Source of the DNA: Proteromonas lacertae
Lineage: Eukaryota
DNA length: 64,000 nt
NCBI GenBank assembly: GCA_002245135.1
Contig: NGBS01001161.1
Coordinates: forward strand, 1 to 64,000
Direction: 5' to 3'
The notes below the pieces were generated by a model, which worked only from the letters and a program-made list of their open reading frames with translations, ran no database searches and was not told the DNA's origin. Below, piece after piece: positions 35,156 to 48,995 of the stretch. Made by a program: the position numbers and the translations under genes. Numbering within the stretch: position 1 is the first letter of the stretch; each line of letters starts with the position of its first letter.

Positions 35156-36323
35156 ATGCCATTCTTCAAAAGCGATGAGCTATCAGCTGATAAAGTGGTT
35201 GCTAAGAACCCATATTCAAGACTTATGTATTATATTCACTGTGTTAACAACTTAATCAAACTTGATAGTCAATACCCTACTGTTAAAAGGTTTAGTAATT
35301 TTTCAAACTGCGGATTTAGATCAAAGTGAAATTAAAGAACTGTATAGATTATGTCGACTTCTTCACCCAGAAAATCTGTATGGCAAGTGTTTTTTGAAGA
35401 GCGCACCAACCACACAAAAACCTAACAATTTATTTATATCAATATCAGTGATTACTTATACGAAGGAAGAAAGACCTGATGTAATTGTTGAAGGAAATCA
35501 CTTCCAGGTGAAGCAATTTATGGCATGTACTCCAGAATGGGAAAGTTTTTACTATCTACATCCAATGTGGGCATTAGCCACAATGGCAATAAAAATGTCT
35601 CAATCTATACTTCATATCAATTCTCCAGCAATTCCACCACAAGATTTATCAAATTCCATATTGGAAATGAGTATTCTTAGAAATATGAATGGAAGTGTAA
35701 ACAGAATCTCACCTTTAAAAACAAAACAATCATTATCAATTCCACCAGAAGTAACAAATTATGATTTAGAACAAAATCTATCAAATTCACAATTATCTCC
35801 AAATAAAAGTAATTTAAATACAAGTCATTTATCACTCAGTCATAGTATATTCAATCCAAATGATATGGATGAAAATATTCTACCAACATCCAAAGAAGTT
35901 GATGATATGTTAGAGAATAATAAACCACCTAAAAAACCTTACTTTGTAAAATATAAGAAATACAATTATATATATGATAAATTAAATTGGATATATTTAT
36001 TATCTGCAATTATTTATTTTGGTCTTTTAGTTGCTACAACTTATTTTTTCATTAAAGATGGTTATGAGAGTTGGAAAGTTGTTAGTATTGTCTTTGATTG
36101 TGTTTGTTGTTTATCTGAAGTTTCAATGTATTATTATATTAAGAAGAAATGTGTAGAAAATGTTAGATTTAGATTATATTCATTTGGTTTCTTTTTTATT
36201 CAAATAGTTACATGTGTGTTTTACTTGATTGTGTTTAGATGGTTTGCTATTGCAACTGGTGTTAGTTTTTTATTGTTTTTTGGAGCTGTAATAAAGAGTT
36301 GTTGTACTAGAGAAGCAATGTAA
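35156..36323 (+). CDS. Unknown N-terminal domain + C-terminal multi-TM protein; apparent +1 frameshift ~35300
   Basis: ATG 35156 reads MPFFKSDE..NPYSRLMYYIHCVNNLIKL, then joins ORF 35262..36323; paralogous to the next gene. Confidence 0.7.
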
Positions 36324-36456
36324 GATAAATCATGTGTTTTTTTATTACATAATGTGTGTTTTATTTTTTATAATTTACACATAAACAAACAAAATGAACA
36401 AATGATATGATATATATATATATATATATGATTAAATATAAATAACAGATGATAAT

Positions 36457-37422
36457 CTATAACATATTATCAACAGACTGTTCCAATAGTTGTCTCTGCC
36501 TGGTTTCTTCAATTTCCTTTAATTGTTCTTCTTTCTTTTCTTTTCTCATTTTCTTTAATCCATAACATCCTCTCACTGTATGAATAAGATGTGATACTAA
36601 CAGAATGCAATCAAATAAAATAGCTATGACCCACCAAACTGCGTGGAAGGGTATTCCAACAATATAATAAACCATATAAATCCACGAATAGTATAAATAT
36701 TTCTGAGGTAAAAGAGATGAAAATAGTAATCCACCTAATTCTATACATAATCCGATTGTACTAAATACAACGTTTTCAAAAGTGAATTCTCGTCTAATTC
36801 CAAAGTATTGATCCAACGTATATATTTCAAATATAATGCAATATATCAATCCTATTAAATGCAAACCAATTTGTGTTGATATTGAAGGTAACCATAGAGA
36901 AAGATCCACTTTCACTGTCGTTCTTTTCTCAGGCTTTGTAACCACACAAATATTTATTCTGCTCTGTTTTCTAACAAATTTGTAAGAATCTACTTTTCTC
37001 TTCAATATATCAATTGGAGTAAAATAAAATCTATCCATCCATTTCACTTTATATGCTAAAACATGATGAATATATAATCTAACACCATTTATAGTGAAAT
37101 TATTATAATCACACTGTTTCTTATCAATTGACTGTGTCGGATATATGCAATGAGTTACATCTTGACATAAATCGTCATTGTTAATAATACAATACGAATC
37201 AAACACCAGTGGACTAAATCTTTGACATATCTCATATAATTCTTTTTCCTCATCCTGCTTTAAACAATATTGATCATAATTTAAATAATGGACTATTTCT
37301 GGACAAACTGGTCTCAGATCAACTAGTTGGTTAATGTTCCATAAATAGTACAATAACCTATGTCTGGAATCATCAGTTGTATCAAGCAAATCCAATTCAT
37401 TCTCTTCAACTTCCTCTTCCAT
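36457..37422 (-). CDS. Paralogous membrane protein with the same N-terminal domain
   Basis: Intact 321-aa ORF; RLLYYLWNINQLVDL, ELYEIC..FSP, WMDRFYFTP align with the previous gene; ~4 TM helices. Confidence 0.8.
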   Translation of the reverse strand: MEEEVEENELDLLDTTDDSRHRLLYYLWNINQLVDLRPVCPEIVHYLNYDQYCLKQDEEKELYEICQRFSPLVFDSYCIINNDDLCQDVTHCIYPTQSIDKKQCDYNNFTINGVRLYIHHVLAYKVKWMDRFYFTPIDILKRKVDSYKFVRKQSRINICVVTKPEKRTTVKVDLSLWLPSISTQIGLHLIGLIYCIIFEIYTLDQYFGIRREFTFENVVFSTIGLCIELGGLLFSSLLPQKYLYYSWIYMVYYIVGIPFHAVWWVIAILFDCILLVSHLIHTVRGCYGLKKMRKEKKEEQLKEIEETRQRQLLEQSVDNML

Positions 37423-37773
37423 TAAAATATTAGTGAAAAACTGAAAAAAAACAAAAAAAACTACTCGAGCCTTCTAAAAGCTTGATTGAAATATTCAACT
37501 TAGAATTAGAAAAATTATAAAAAATTGATAGAGTGTGTTTTATGATATCAACAAGATTAATTTGTAGTATTATAATGAAATTTCCTAGTCATGTAAAATT
37601 TCTCTAAAGATGGGAAACATCTTGAGCATCATACTCATTTTGTTCATTAAGTTATTATGTTTATTTTTACAATAAACCAACCCTAAAAACACAAAAAAAC
37701 AAAAACTAATAATAGCCGTTACACAAAACAAATTTTTTAAAAGATTAGTGAAAGCGTTTTACATTAATATATA

Positions 37774-38764
37774 ATGGATGGTCCTTTAACAGATTGCGAT
37801 TATATTAGATACTTTTTTATTACAGCTGTTGTGATTGGTGGTTTAGTGAAATTCGGGTTTTTAGTTCCAACTATAATTTCACACAATCCAGATTATATTG
37901 TAGTTATTGTTGTAGCTGGAGTAGCACTAATATTAGGTTTTTTCTTAGCTCATAGGTATTATTACGGAGCTTGGCGTGAAGAATCTGATAGAATTAATAT
38001 TGCTTTATTTTTACCCCTTGGGTTTGTTTTCCATTGTATTCCATGTATAATAATATTCTTATTCTACTACATCATGAATTTTGCCATTTACAACGAATAT
38101 ATGGAAGCCAAAGAATCAAACTGGAAGGATCCAAAGCGGTATGGTGAAATGTGGTATTGCTGGGGTGTTTTTATTATTTCAAATATACTCTCGGTGGTTG
38201 GATTTAGATCAGATTCTCTAATAATGGCTTGTTGTTTGAAAAAGAGTTCAGAATATCTATCCGATCAAATTTATCAAAAAACTATTGGTCCAGGAAGAGC
38301 AAATTCAAATGGAAGTGGATCATCAAAAACAAAACTTCCAACTACAGTGAAATCCTTAGGAATGGATGGTTCTGAATTTGGTAAAGGTGGAATAGGAGAA
38401 AAGGTATTGGATAAGCCAAAAGAAGCTTCTGAATTCGGGCCAAATTCTGCTTATAAAAGATCAAATGATTTACCATCATATCAACCTAATATGTTTGGTA
38501 TAACTGCAGGTCCACCACCTCCACCTACAGGAGAAACAAGATTAAAGATATCTATTAAGACACCAGCAGAACAAAGAGTAGCAAGAAAAGCTGGTGGTAC
38601 TGAAGAAGATGGACCTACATTTTGTACTAGATATGTGAGTGTATATTATTAATTGTTTTATTTATTTATTTATAGTTGTACAGGATGTTCTTAGGTTATA
38701 TTTATGGTTTAGCGTTTGCTTATATCGTTTATTTAGTTGGATTCATCTACGGTAGTGCAAAATA
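37774..38764 (+). CDS. Multi-pass membrane protein
   Basis: Four hydrophobic segments, a Pro/Gly-rich loop, and a probable last exon after a short intron near 38635-38675. Confidence 0.7.
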
Positions 38765-38889
38765 ATCCGATTGTTCTTTATAACTCTTATATACATTTAA
38801 TTTTAAACTCTTGTTGAACTTGTGTTGTGTTTGTTGTGTTTTTAATTAATAATTGAAAATATATTCGTTTTAGTTTTCTAATTTTCGTT

Positions 38890-39386
38890 ATGTCTTTTAA
38901 CTGGGATTCTAATACTTTAAAACAAAGATACGACTGGGAATGGATGTATTCACATCTACATCTATCTATTTAGGAGAAGTAAACAAGATAACAACAAAGA
39001 GATCCATCGAAACCCAAGTAGAAATTCTACAATGCGTAGTTCACCACCTTTGTATTTATCAGATGATCATATCCATTAGGGAGACATTAAGTGAGCGTCA
39101 TCAACAACAAACATTTAATCAAGCATTATTGGAAACTGGATATAGACCAAGGGATTTTCCAAATAAAGGTTCTACTAAGTTCTTTTCACCCATTGAGACT
39201 AAATATTATGAGTATTTAATGTAATTTTTATTAAATGCATATAGAGCAAAACTTGCATCACCACAAAAGCCAGTCTATAAATATCTAACATATAGAGAAG
39301 AACAGTTAGAGAAAGAAATTAATCAATTAGATGAAACTGTTAAATCTAGCAAAAGACCATTCAATCCACTTGATAGTGTATATTAA
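38890..39386 (+). CDS. Small hypothetical protein, multi-exon
   Basis: ATG 38890, coding-like segments separated by ~30-nt GT-AG introns; exact structure uncertain. Confidence 0.5.
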
Positions 39387-39532
39387 TTTAATTTATGAGT
39401 TTTATTTTATTATTATTATTTTTTCTATTTCAAGAATTATCATATAAAAAAGAAATAATAATTTAATTTTTATCTTTTTATTTAATATAATTACCAAAAT
39501 TATTATTATTATTATTTATTTATTTATTATCA

Positions 39533-40867
39533 TTATTCATCTTCATCTTCATCATCTTCTTCACCATCTTCTTTAGCTTTCTTCTTTCTCTCTTCTTCAG
39601 CTAATCTTGCTTCTTCTTCCTCTTGTCTCTTTCGTTCTTCTTCTTCTTCTAACTGCCTTTGTTTCTCTTCTTCTTCTTGTCTTTTTCTTTCAGCTTCTTC
39701 CTCTTCTTTTCGTTGTCTTTCTTCTTCTTCTTCTCTCTTTCGCTCTTCTTCTTCTTCTAATTTCCTTTGTCTCTCCTCTTCCTCTTGTTGTCGCTTTTCT
39801 TCAGCTCTTTCTTCTAAGACTTGATCTTTTTCATTTCTTTCTTCTTCTGTGAATCTTTCATCATCTAAACTCTCTAATTTTGGTAATAATATTAACACTT
39901 CTTGTCGATAGTTATCAGCTCCAGTTACAGGTGAATCAATAAATGATAATTTCTTTAGATTTGGTAAAGCTTGGAATTTTTTCACTTCTTCTATTTCTTC
40001 AATACCTGTATTATTCATTGATAATGATACTAAGGATGTGATTGCAAGAATACCATCAATCTTCTTTAAATTCCTATTTTTATTATATAAAAGTAATATA
40101 CGGATTGTTATTAAGTGATAATTCTTTTAATGAAGGAAGTTGCTCTAATTCAACTGCATGTCTCAGTCGATTGTCATCTAAATATAATTGTTCTAAATCT
40201 GGTAAACTACCAATATGAGCAGTTGATTTTAATTTATTTTGACGAAAATATGCAGTTCTTAGTTTAGGGAAATGATCTATACCCTCTATATCTTTTAATT
40301 TATTATAATCTAAATTGATGGAGACTATTGTATCTGATCCTGATTCTTTAATATCTGCTATTCGATTATGTGATGCTATAAGGATTTGAAAGTGTAATTG
40401 TGGGAATCTTGGTAAAGATTCAATTTGATTATATGCTACTGTTAAATATAATAGACTATCGATTGTGCTGAGTTGGCTGATTTCTTTTAATTTATTCCTT
40501 GAAAAATCTATTGTTCTTAAATGGGGGAATTTTGATATAATTTCACCTACTGATGTTATTCTTTTTTTCTAATTGAATAATGTAATTATAAACATACTTT
40601 TAAATCAAGTTTGCTGAACGCATATCCTTTCCCGTCAATTGTTTTAACAATCTCTGATAAACCTTTATCCATAAATTCTTGAGTGAGAGGATGTCTATCC
40701 TTCCATGGTGGTGTTGCTAATTACAATAAACTGCATCTATATATACGATCTTCCTCTTCAGGCTCTTCTTCCTCTTCTGGATGTTCCTCTTCTAAATTTT
40801 CTTGGTTTTCTTCTTCACCATTTTCTTCTTCTTGGTTTTCTTCCTCTTCGTTCTCAGCGTCACTCAT
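39533..40867 (-). CDS. SDS22-type LRR protein, LRRC23-like, with Glu-rich termini
   Basis: HPLTQEFMDKGLSEIVKTIDGKGYAFSKLDLK..FPHLRTIDFSRNKL resembles the LRRC23 N-terminus; LRR cap YRQEVLILLPKLESLD; E/R coiled coil. Confidence 0.7.
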
Positions 40868-40932
40868 TATTTCGAATTAAACTGATAAAAAAACGCTTTA
40901 CTTCAAGCTTAGGTAATCAAGCTTTTTTGATC

Positions 40933-41585
40933 ATGTCTAGAAAAAGAAAATATAATGAGACTTTTAGTATAAAAGAATCATGTTATCATTATAGTTGAAC
41001 AAAACATATTAATCAATCAACCAAAACAATCTAATCTTTATGATATTGTTCAAAAAGAGTTTGATATATTGTCTTCTATTATGTTTCTATCTAAGAATCA
41101 GCATAGAAGAACAAAATATTTTCAACATTTACAGAAGGTATAGATTTATTCTATTTTTGTTAGTCTCAAAAGTGTATAAGTCATTTACTCAAAAATAATG
41201 ATCAAAAAGACTTTATATATCCATTGTATATCGAATAATAAGATTATATATTATGTTTTTAGAGATTTTTCAACTCAATTATACAAAGATCTCAACCAGA
41301 CTATTGATTCTATAAAACTATCTCTTCAATATCATTTTTTATAATAAGAAATTTACTTTTCTTTATAATATCTATATTTCATATTATGTTGATTAACAAA
41401 GGCTTTTATACACCTTACGCAAGTGTAGTTGTGGCAATTTTGAGTAGAATATACTCTATATTGTACTATATTGTTAATGGCACTAATGATTCAACTGTAT
41501 TTCTTATTTTTTTAGTTTTATATAGATCATTAATACTGTTGTGGATAATAGTGATGATTTAGGATGTATAATTGAAAGAAAATGA
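40933..41585 (+). CDS. Rmp1/NEPRO-like RNase MRP subunit candidate, multi-exon
   Basis: SKNQHRRTKYFQHLQK motif, hydrophobic VAILSRI helix, terminal DDLGCIIERK. Confidence 0.5.
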
Positions 41586-41850
41586 TTATGTGTTTGTTAT
41601 ATCTTTATTTAGAAAGTATATTTGAAATATACATGTTACCTTGTTTTCATTTTGGGTTTAACAGCATTATATGTGCAACATAATCTTCAATGAAATATTA
41701 ATTCTACTAATCTCTGTTCCTAACATGCTTAAATTAGAAAAATAAAGAAATATGTTTAGTTATTTTTCATTATAATGATCAATAATCAAATTTGATAACT
41801 ATACTTATCATTTATCATTTTCGTCCATTTGCTGTTCTTTTCAATTTATC

Positions 41851-42751
41851 ATGCAAACAGAACAAACTCCAGCCCCAGTTGCTACTGAAGCTCCAGTTGG
41901 TATATATACATTCTTATATTTCCTTATTTTTCTTTTTTAACTATGAATTTTTGTTTATGTAATTTATAATAGAAAGAGGTAACTTCCCACGTGGAAGAGG
42001 TGGTAGAGGTCGTGGTGGTAGAGGAAGAGGAAGAGGTGGTCGTGGACAAAACGGACAAGAAGAAAAAGGAGGATGGGTTCCAGTCACCAAGTTAGGAAGA
42101 TTAGTAAAAGACGGTTTAATCAAATCTTTAGAAGAAATTTACTTATATTCCCTCCCAATCAAGGAATTCCAGATAATTGATAAATTCTTACCAGATATCA
42201 AGGATGAAGTTATGACAGTTATGAGTGTACAAAAACAAACTGCTGCAGGTCAAAGAACTAGATTCAAGGCTTTCGTAGCTGTTGGTGATTCAAACGGACA
42301 TATTGGTTTAGGTGCAAAATGTTCAAGCGAAGTTGCTACTTCAATCCGTGTTGCTATTAATTTAGCCAAATTAGCAGTAGTACCCATCAGAAGAGGTTAT
42401 TGGGGTAATATGGTCGGCAAACCACACACAATCGCTTGTAAGGTAACTGGTAAATGTGGTTCAGTACGTATTCGATTAATTCCAGCTCCAAGAGGTACAG
42501 GTTTAGTTGCTTCTCCAGTTCCTAAGAAGTTATTACAAATGGCTGGTTTAGAAGATATTTATACATCCAGTCAAGGACATACACGTACATTAGGTAACTA
42601 TGTTCGTGCTACTTATGCTGCTTTAAGATCATCTTATGCTTTCTTATCACCTGATTTATGGGCTCAAACAAAATTAGGACAATCACCTTATCAAGAACAT
42701 ACTGATTATTTAAGTGAACAAAGTGAAAAGAAGAATAATAGAAGAGAATAA
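41851..42751 (+). CDS. RPS2: 40S ribosomal protein S2 (uS5)
   Basis: RGG-rich N-terminus, [34 protein letters not shown]; intron 41900-41972. Confidence 0.97.
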
Positions 42752-42768
42752 ATGTTGAGAGTTCTAAG

Positions 42769-42846
42769 ATCTATAGTTAATGGGAAAAGTGTTTATATGG
42801 ACGTAAAACACTACGGTGCGTAGGTGCTGGCCTATTAACTATAGAT
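42769..42846. other. Predicted structured RNA element downstream of RPS2
   Basis: 16-bp closing stem 42769-42784/42831-42846 (one G-U) enclosing AGTGTTT/AAACACT and a G-U-rich hairpin. Confidence 0.5.
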
Positions 42847-42994
42847 TGAACAGCAAAGAATTATAAATTTTGTTTTTGTTTTGGGTATTTTCAAATAATT
42901 TAATAAACTCGTTATTATCATGTGAAGCAGGAGGTTTGTATGTATAGAATAACAGTTAATAAATAATATAATCAACAATTTCAATTCATTTAAT

Positions 42995-45900
42995 CTATTT
43001 ATCATAATAATTATTAAAATTAAGTTGTGTAGCCAAATGCTGAACAAAATCAAATCTAGGACCTTTATCTGCAACTTTTTTAAACACTTCAAATAAGAAT
43101 TTTGAGTAATGTCTAAAGGTTTTTTCATTTGATTCAATTGTTTGCTGAAATACACTGTTATTGAAAGCAACATGCAAAGGAACTGTTGCTATTGTTTGAT
43201 AAAACTGTAATATTTGAGAAAATATTGATTCAAATATTTCATTTACAGCAATTGTTCTTTTATCTAAAAAACAGCATTTTTCCATCAATTTTGAATATTT
43301 ATTATTTATTGCTCTCATTTCAAATATGTTCTCACATTTATCAAATTCTTCTACCATCTTTGGATAGTGAATCTCTTGTAATTGATGAAATATGAATTGC
43401 TTTATGTTATTAATGAAATGGTGAACTTGAGAACGATATCTATATAAGATTATATAACAGAATAAAGAATAATACATTCCAATGTATGTCATAAAATGAT
43501 AATCTTCTGGATTTAAGATTCTTGTTCTTTTTAATATTAACCACATATCTTGCAAACAATAAGATACATGATATAACTGTAATAGAAACTGATGTATTCT
43601 TTTATATCTATCTAATGATTCTGGTGAAAAGATTAATGAAATTGGCCATTGAAGTTTCCATACTGGATTAATAGCATAAACCCATTTTACACTATAAGTA
43701 TCTTTCATTATTACATCTATTTCAACATATATATATATATAGCAATACTTGTTGTTTTAATTGTTTTATCTATATCATAATCAAATATTTCTTTTACTTC
43801 ATAATAATGTGGTAAACTGCCGTGATGATTGTCTTCTATTGATTTATACCACAAATTTTGTATAAAATCGCTATTTATAATATCCACATCTTCTACTTTC
43901 TATATGGAATTTATATATATATATATATATATATACAGGAACTTCATTAACAATTCTATCAATAAAGTATTCATAAATATCTCCTTTTCCTGTCAAATAG
44001 TAATCTTTAATGATTTTCATTGATTTCTTTAATTTATATCCACTGAAAATCATTTCTTTACACGCTTTGCATACCATTTTGTATGTCAATTCTAATGGAT
44101 CAACAATACTATGTTGTAGAATAATGTTTAATGGATTTAAGTATATATTTTGTTCATTTATTAGTTTTTGATATTCAGTAAAATGATTATCAAATGGACT
44201 GAATATATTAGTCTTTTCAGGAATATCAATTAGTGATTCAAAATCGAAGAGATGGAGATTTTTAACTTCTTCTTCTTCTTCTTCTTTCTCTACTTCTTCG
44301 TTTTCGTTTGATTTTTCTTCATCATCATTCTCAACATCACTTTCATCATCAATTGGCGAACCATCCTCAAAACTATCACTAAAAGAATCACTACTCTTCC
44401 TATCATCTTCATCATTGTTTTCCTTGTCTTCTTGATTAATTTCTTCATCATCATGGAATATAATCTCTTCTTCCTCCTCTTCTTCTTCCTGTTTTTCCTC
44501 TTCTTCCTGTGAATCTAATGAATTTGGTATTGATTCTTTTTCTTCTTGCTGTTGTAGGTTGGATGGATGAACATTTTCTTCGTAATCAAATATTTCTTTC
44601 ATTTTATTACCTTCCATCTGAACATTCTCTCTTATTGGATGTATTTCATGAATCTGATCTTCTTCTGATGCAAATAAACCTTTCATACCACTTCCGCCAA
44701 GATATTTCTAAATCAATTATATACAATTAATAAACATACTTGTCTTGAAGCTTTTAATCTTTCTCTTCGTAATTGAATTCTATCTAATGGTCTTTGAGGT
44801 TGTGGTGGTGGTAGTGGAAGAAGAGGAGGTAAATTCTCTTCAATGTTTTGGCTTTCTTCAACATTTTCTTGTTCATTCTGTTGAAGAAGCGATTCTTCTA
44901 ATACTTTTTCATAACCTTCTGGAAATATTGGAATATCATTATTATTATCAATCTCAGCATCTGGTACTGGTGGTGGAAATATTAAAACATTTCCTTCTTC
45001 ATCATATTGAACTGATGGTGATAGAGGTATATTCTCATTTTCTTCATCAATAAAATCGTCAGGAAATTCATTTTCATATGGCTGTTGTGATGGTGATAAT
45101 TCTGCTTCTTGTTCTTCTTTATTTTCAATATTTGATAATTCATCATGAAATAATATCAATGGCTTTTCTTCTGGATATGAAAATATTTCCCTCATATCAT
45201 GTCCATCAAGTTGCTTCTACATAATAATAAATAATAAATAAATAAATACTGTTCTTGCCTCATCTAATGATAAGATGTTTCTATTGTATTTATATTCAAA
45301 CTCATTGTCATTCAATACATCTGGATTAGCATCATATGTAAAGATTGATTTCATCATATTACCACCTAATTGTTTCTAATAATATAAATATAATATAATA
45401 ATATATATTATATACTTCATGTTCATATCTTCTAAATTCTTGTCTTTTTTTATAACTCTCTTCCAATTCATCCATTTTCTCATTGTATTGAGATATTATG
45501 TACTTTTGTGCTTCTTGTCTTAGATGGGGATCAATTGAACTTCCAATAACAGCATGTGATAAAGATTCAGTTTGTTTCTTTATATATTCTTTTTCTTCTT
45601 CCATTTTCTTCATTTTTTCTATTCTTTTCTGTTTAATAGCATTTTCATATTCATTCTTTAATCTTTTAAATTCTTCTTCTTTTTGTTTTTGTTTCAAATA
45701 CTGTTTCTCTCTTTCTATTCTTGCTATATCCTCCAACTGTAGTGCAATTTGTGATATTGATATAACATGTTCAGTATCTGCTGTTATATCAAGTAAATGT
45801 TCACGTTCAGTTATCTGTTTCAAATTTTCCATCACATGTTCATTAAAATCTTCATATAGACTAAATATATCTTTACCACTGAATATTTCTGATATTTTTA

Positions 45901-48003
45901 CATCTGGTTGATTCAATACACAAATATCATAATAACAGGAATTATATCTTTTCATTATATCTAACATTGCGCCAGTATAAATAGTCTGTCTCTTTAATAA
46001 ATGTGGTATAAAGTTAGGTAAACTAATATCAACTCTATTAATGATTTGTTTTAATAACATATAATCATTTTCGTTCTTTAATCCTTTCCATTCAGTACAT
46101 AATAAGAACTCATCATATGGATCTTCACTATGCAAAATTATGATAATTATATATAATAAATATACTTCATTGTTAAATATCCATAATGACACCAAGTCCA
46201 TAAATATAATAAATACGGTTCAAGTGTTTGAAATAATAGAAAATAACATATATTTGAATATATAGAATTACTCTGCTTAATGCAATTATTACACCAATTA
46301 GTTAGGTAATTAATCAATTCAATACCTCTATATAAATATATAATTATATATATATATATATATACCTTGGTATTAATAGTATAGATGGACATGATATAAT
46401 ATCCAATGGAATATCAGTAGTCAATAACAAATTTTCATATTCAATACAGTTTTCACCATTTGAATTTACGGCACAATAACATATTTCAGCAATTAATTGT
46501 AATTTAAAATACATCGTTCTACAATCAAAATAAGCTCTATTAATATCATTCCCATTAAATAAATCTAATATTTCATTATTATATTCATTTAATATCAATA
46601 ACAATGATCTGCCAAATGAACCACATATTTGTCCACAATGACTTATATCTTCACTATAATAAGATGCAATTTCTAATATTCTTTTATAATGACTTCCCAT
46701 AATACAAAATGTAAATAATAAATTCCTTAATGATGGTATTGAAGCGTTATATAATGCTATTTCATCACCACATAATTCAAATTTCCTTGTATCTTCATTA
46801 TAGATATATAATGACGATGGTATTCCTTGAACTACCATTCTTGAATATCTACATAAAGTTTCTTCACTTAAATATATGATTTTCTCTTTTACATAATAAT
46901 CATATCGTTTCAATAAGTCATACATTGCTTGTTTTTGCATTGTGAATTGTTTTGTTGTTGTTTCATTACTATCCCATCTTAATACTTTCTTTTTCTTTTT
47001 AATAATCTTCCTTTTATTTGATAATTCTTTATCTTTCATCTTCTTTTTATCTATTATTTCATTGTTGCTATTTATAGTAGTAATTGTATTATCAGTTCCT
47101 TCTGAAGATGATAATCCAGGTACAGGTATATATGTTTGAGATATATCATCAGACGGAGAAGATATAAAAGAAGAAGAAGAAGATAAAAATGAACGATTAT
47201 TATCATTATCATTAACCATTTTTATTAAATCAGTGTTATTATTATTGGATGATGATTTTGTAATCATTGTAGTAGTGGTGGTCGTATTTTCATTAGTTAA
47301 TGATAATAATCTATCTAATAGATCAGGTGCGTCTTCTAATGATGGTATTTCAAATCTGTTTTCTAATAGTTGGTGTGATTCTAGTCGTGGATTATAAGTA
47401 CTATGAATTAATGCACCAAATAATGAAGACGGTTTATCTTCAGTATATTTGAAAAATGATGATATTTCTGAGTTGTTTGATGATGGTTTGAATGGATTAA
47501 ATTCTTGTTGTTTTGGTAATTCGTTTGGTTGAATTAATAACCTTGGTATTGATATTTCTTGTATTTTATGTGGTTCTATATGTAGAAAACAATGATAATA
47601 AATATATATACCTCTTGCTAATTGAAAAAGTAAATATATGATTTTTATATTTTCTGTTAATTGAAAAACATGCTTATCTTCTATTAAAAAAAATATATGA
47701 ATTATGATACTATTAATTTGATATAAACAATGCGACTTATTCATAAATTCGTTAATTAACTTCTCTAATCGATCAGCTTCTGCATTCATCCCTTTACTAT
47801 ATAATAAATATATCCATGAGTCTAAATTTCGTCTGATATCATCGTTAATGTTTTTATTCTATGATTTATTAAAGCAATTATACTTTAAACTGATTTGCTT
47901 TAAATAATCTATCATAAACCCTTGATTTACGAAACTGTACTTTGTTCAATCTGCAAATGGACTTTAGAGCTTCATTACAACCTATATCTGGGGTAATTGA
48001 CAT
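42995..48003 (-). CDS. Gamma-tubulin complex component, probably GCP6-like, multi-exon
   Basis: GRIP1-like (VVQGIPSSLY, CGQICGSFGRSL, PYLLYL..W..G...DPYDEF) and GRIP2-like (WPISLIFSPESLDRYKRIHQFLLQL) regions separated by a long coiled-coil/acidic insert. Confidence 0.8.
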
Positions 48004-48145
48004 TTGAAAATTGAATTTATTTCAAAATTATATTCGTTTCATTATTTTCAAATTTGTTTTTTGAAAGAAATAGAAATAAGACACAAATAATAACAACATT
48101 TATAAATAATAATTGACATATTATTTGTTAATTAATATTCTTATT

Positions 48146-48995
48146 CTACCTATTCACCCCAAATATATCTCTAATTGAATCAAATTCAATTTTAATCAAA
48201 TCTTTTCTAATTGCAGGATAGTATATTGAGGCTAAATAACTATAACCATGTGAATTATAATGAACTTTATCAAAACACAGGGATTCTTTTTTCTGGAGTT
48301 GTGGAATAAATAATTCAGGCCCTAATTTCACATAAGGTCTATCTTTAACAAATTTTTGTGTATTTAGTCTCAGATTAGAATAACTCTCACCGAAAGCTAT
48401 TGAAGGAACATATGGAGGTGGTGTAATGTATATAATTTTATTTAATTGGTTTAAACAATTACATAATTCATCTAAATGTTCTACGTACTTCTCATCATAA
48501 ACATCACCTGGTCCACCCATATAAATCACAATTTCACAATCAGCATAAGATGAATCTACAAATACATCATTAAACAGAGTCGTATGGCATAACCATGACA
48601 TTTTTTCAGGCTATAATTCATATATCAACAATTGAAACATACTTTTCTATCACAAGTGGGTAACCATTCTTTTAAGCAACTTCCTGTATGACCAGCATTA
48701 TAACATTTCCATTTTTGACGTATCTATATGCATTATCAAACATATAACTTACATTTAGGTCTTTTCTTATTTCTGATGACAAATAACGAGACAAACCGGC
48801 TTGTGAACCAAGAATAAGGTAATCTCCAAATCCTTCAGCAAATCCATCACCAATAACTACTATTTTGTGATATTTCTTATGATTTGTGTCTAGAAATCTA
48901 CAAAACCATTTATTAAATCTTATCCACAATAGGTGACACCAAAATCGTAAAATGAAAAATAATTCTTTGATAAAATAGAGTAAAGTTTCAAACAT
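48146..48995 (-). CDS. SGNH/GDSL-fold protein, nucleophile position Gly
   Basis: IVVIGDGFAEGFG (GDS-like block) and FDKVHYNSHGY (DxxH); short introns. Confidence 0.65.

Noticed and set aside
39607..45911. Antisense Ser/Phe/Leu-rich ORFs (e.g. 39607, 40683, 44745, 45498)
   Set aside because: Shadows of Glu/Lys-rich coding sequence on the other strand.
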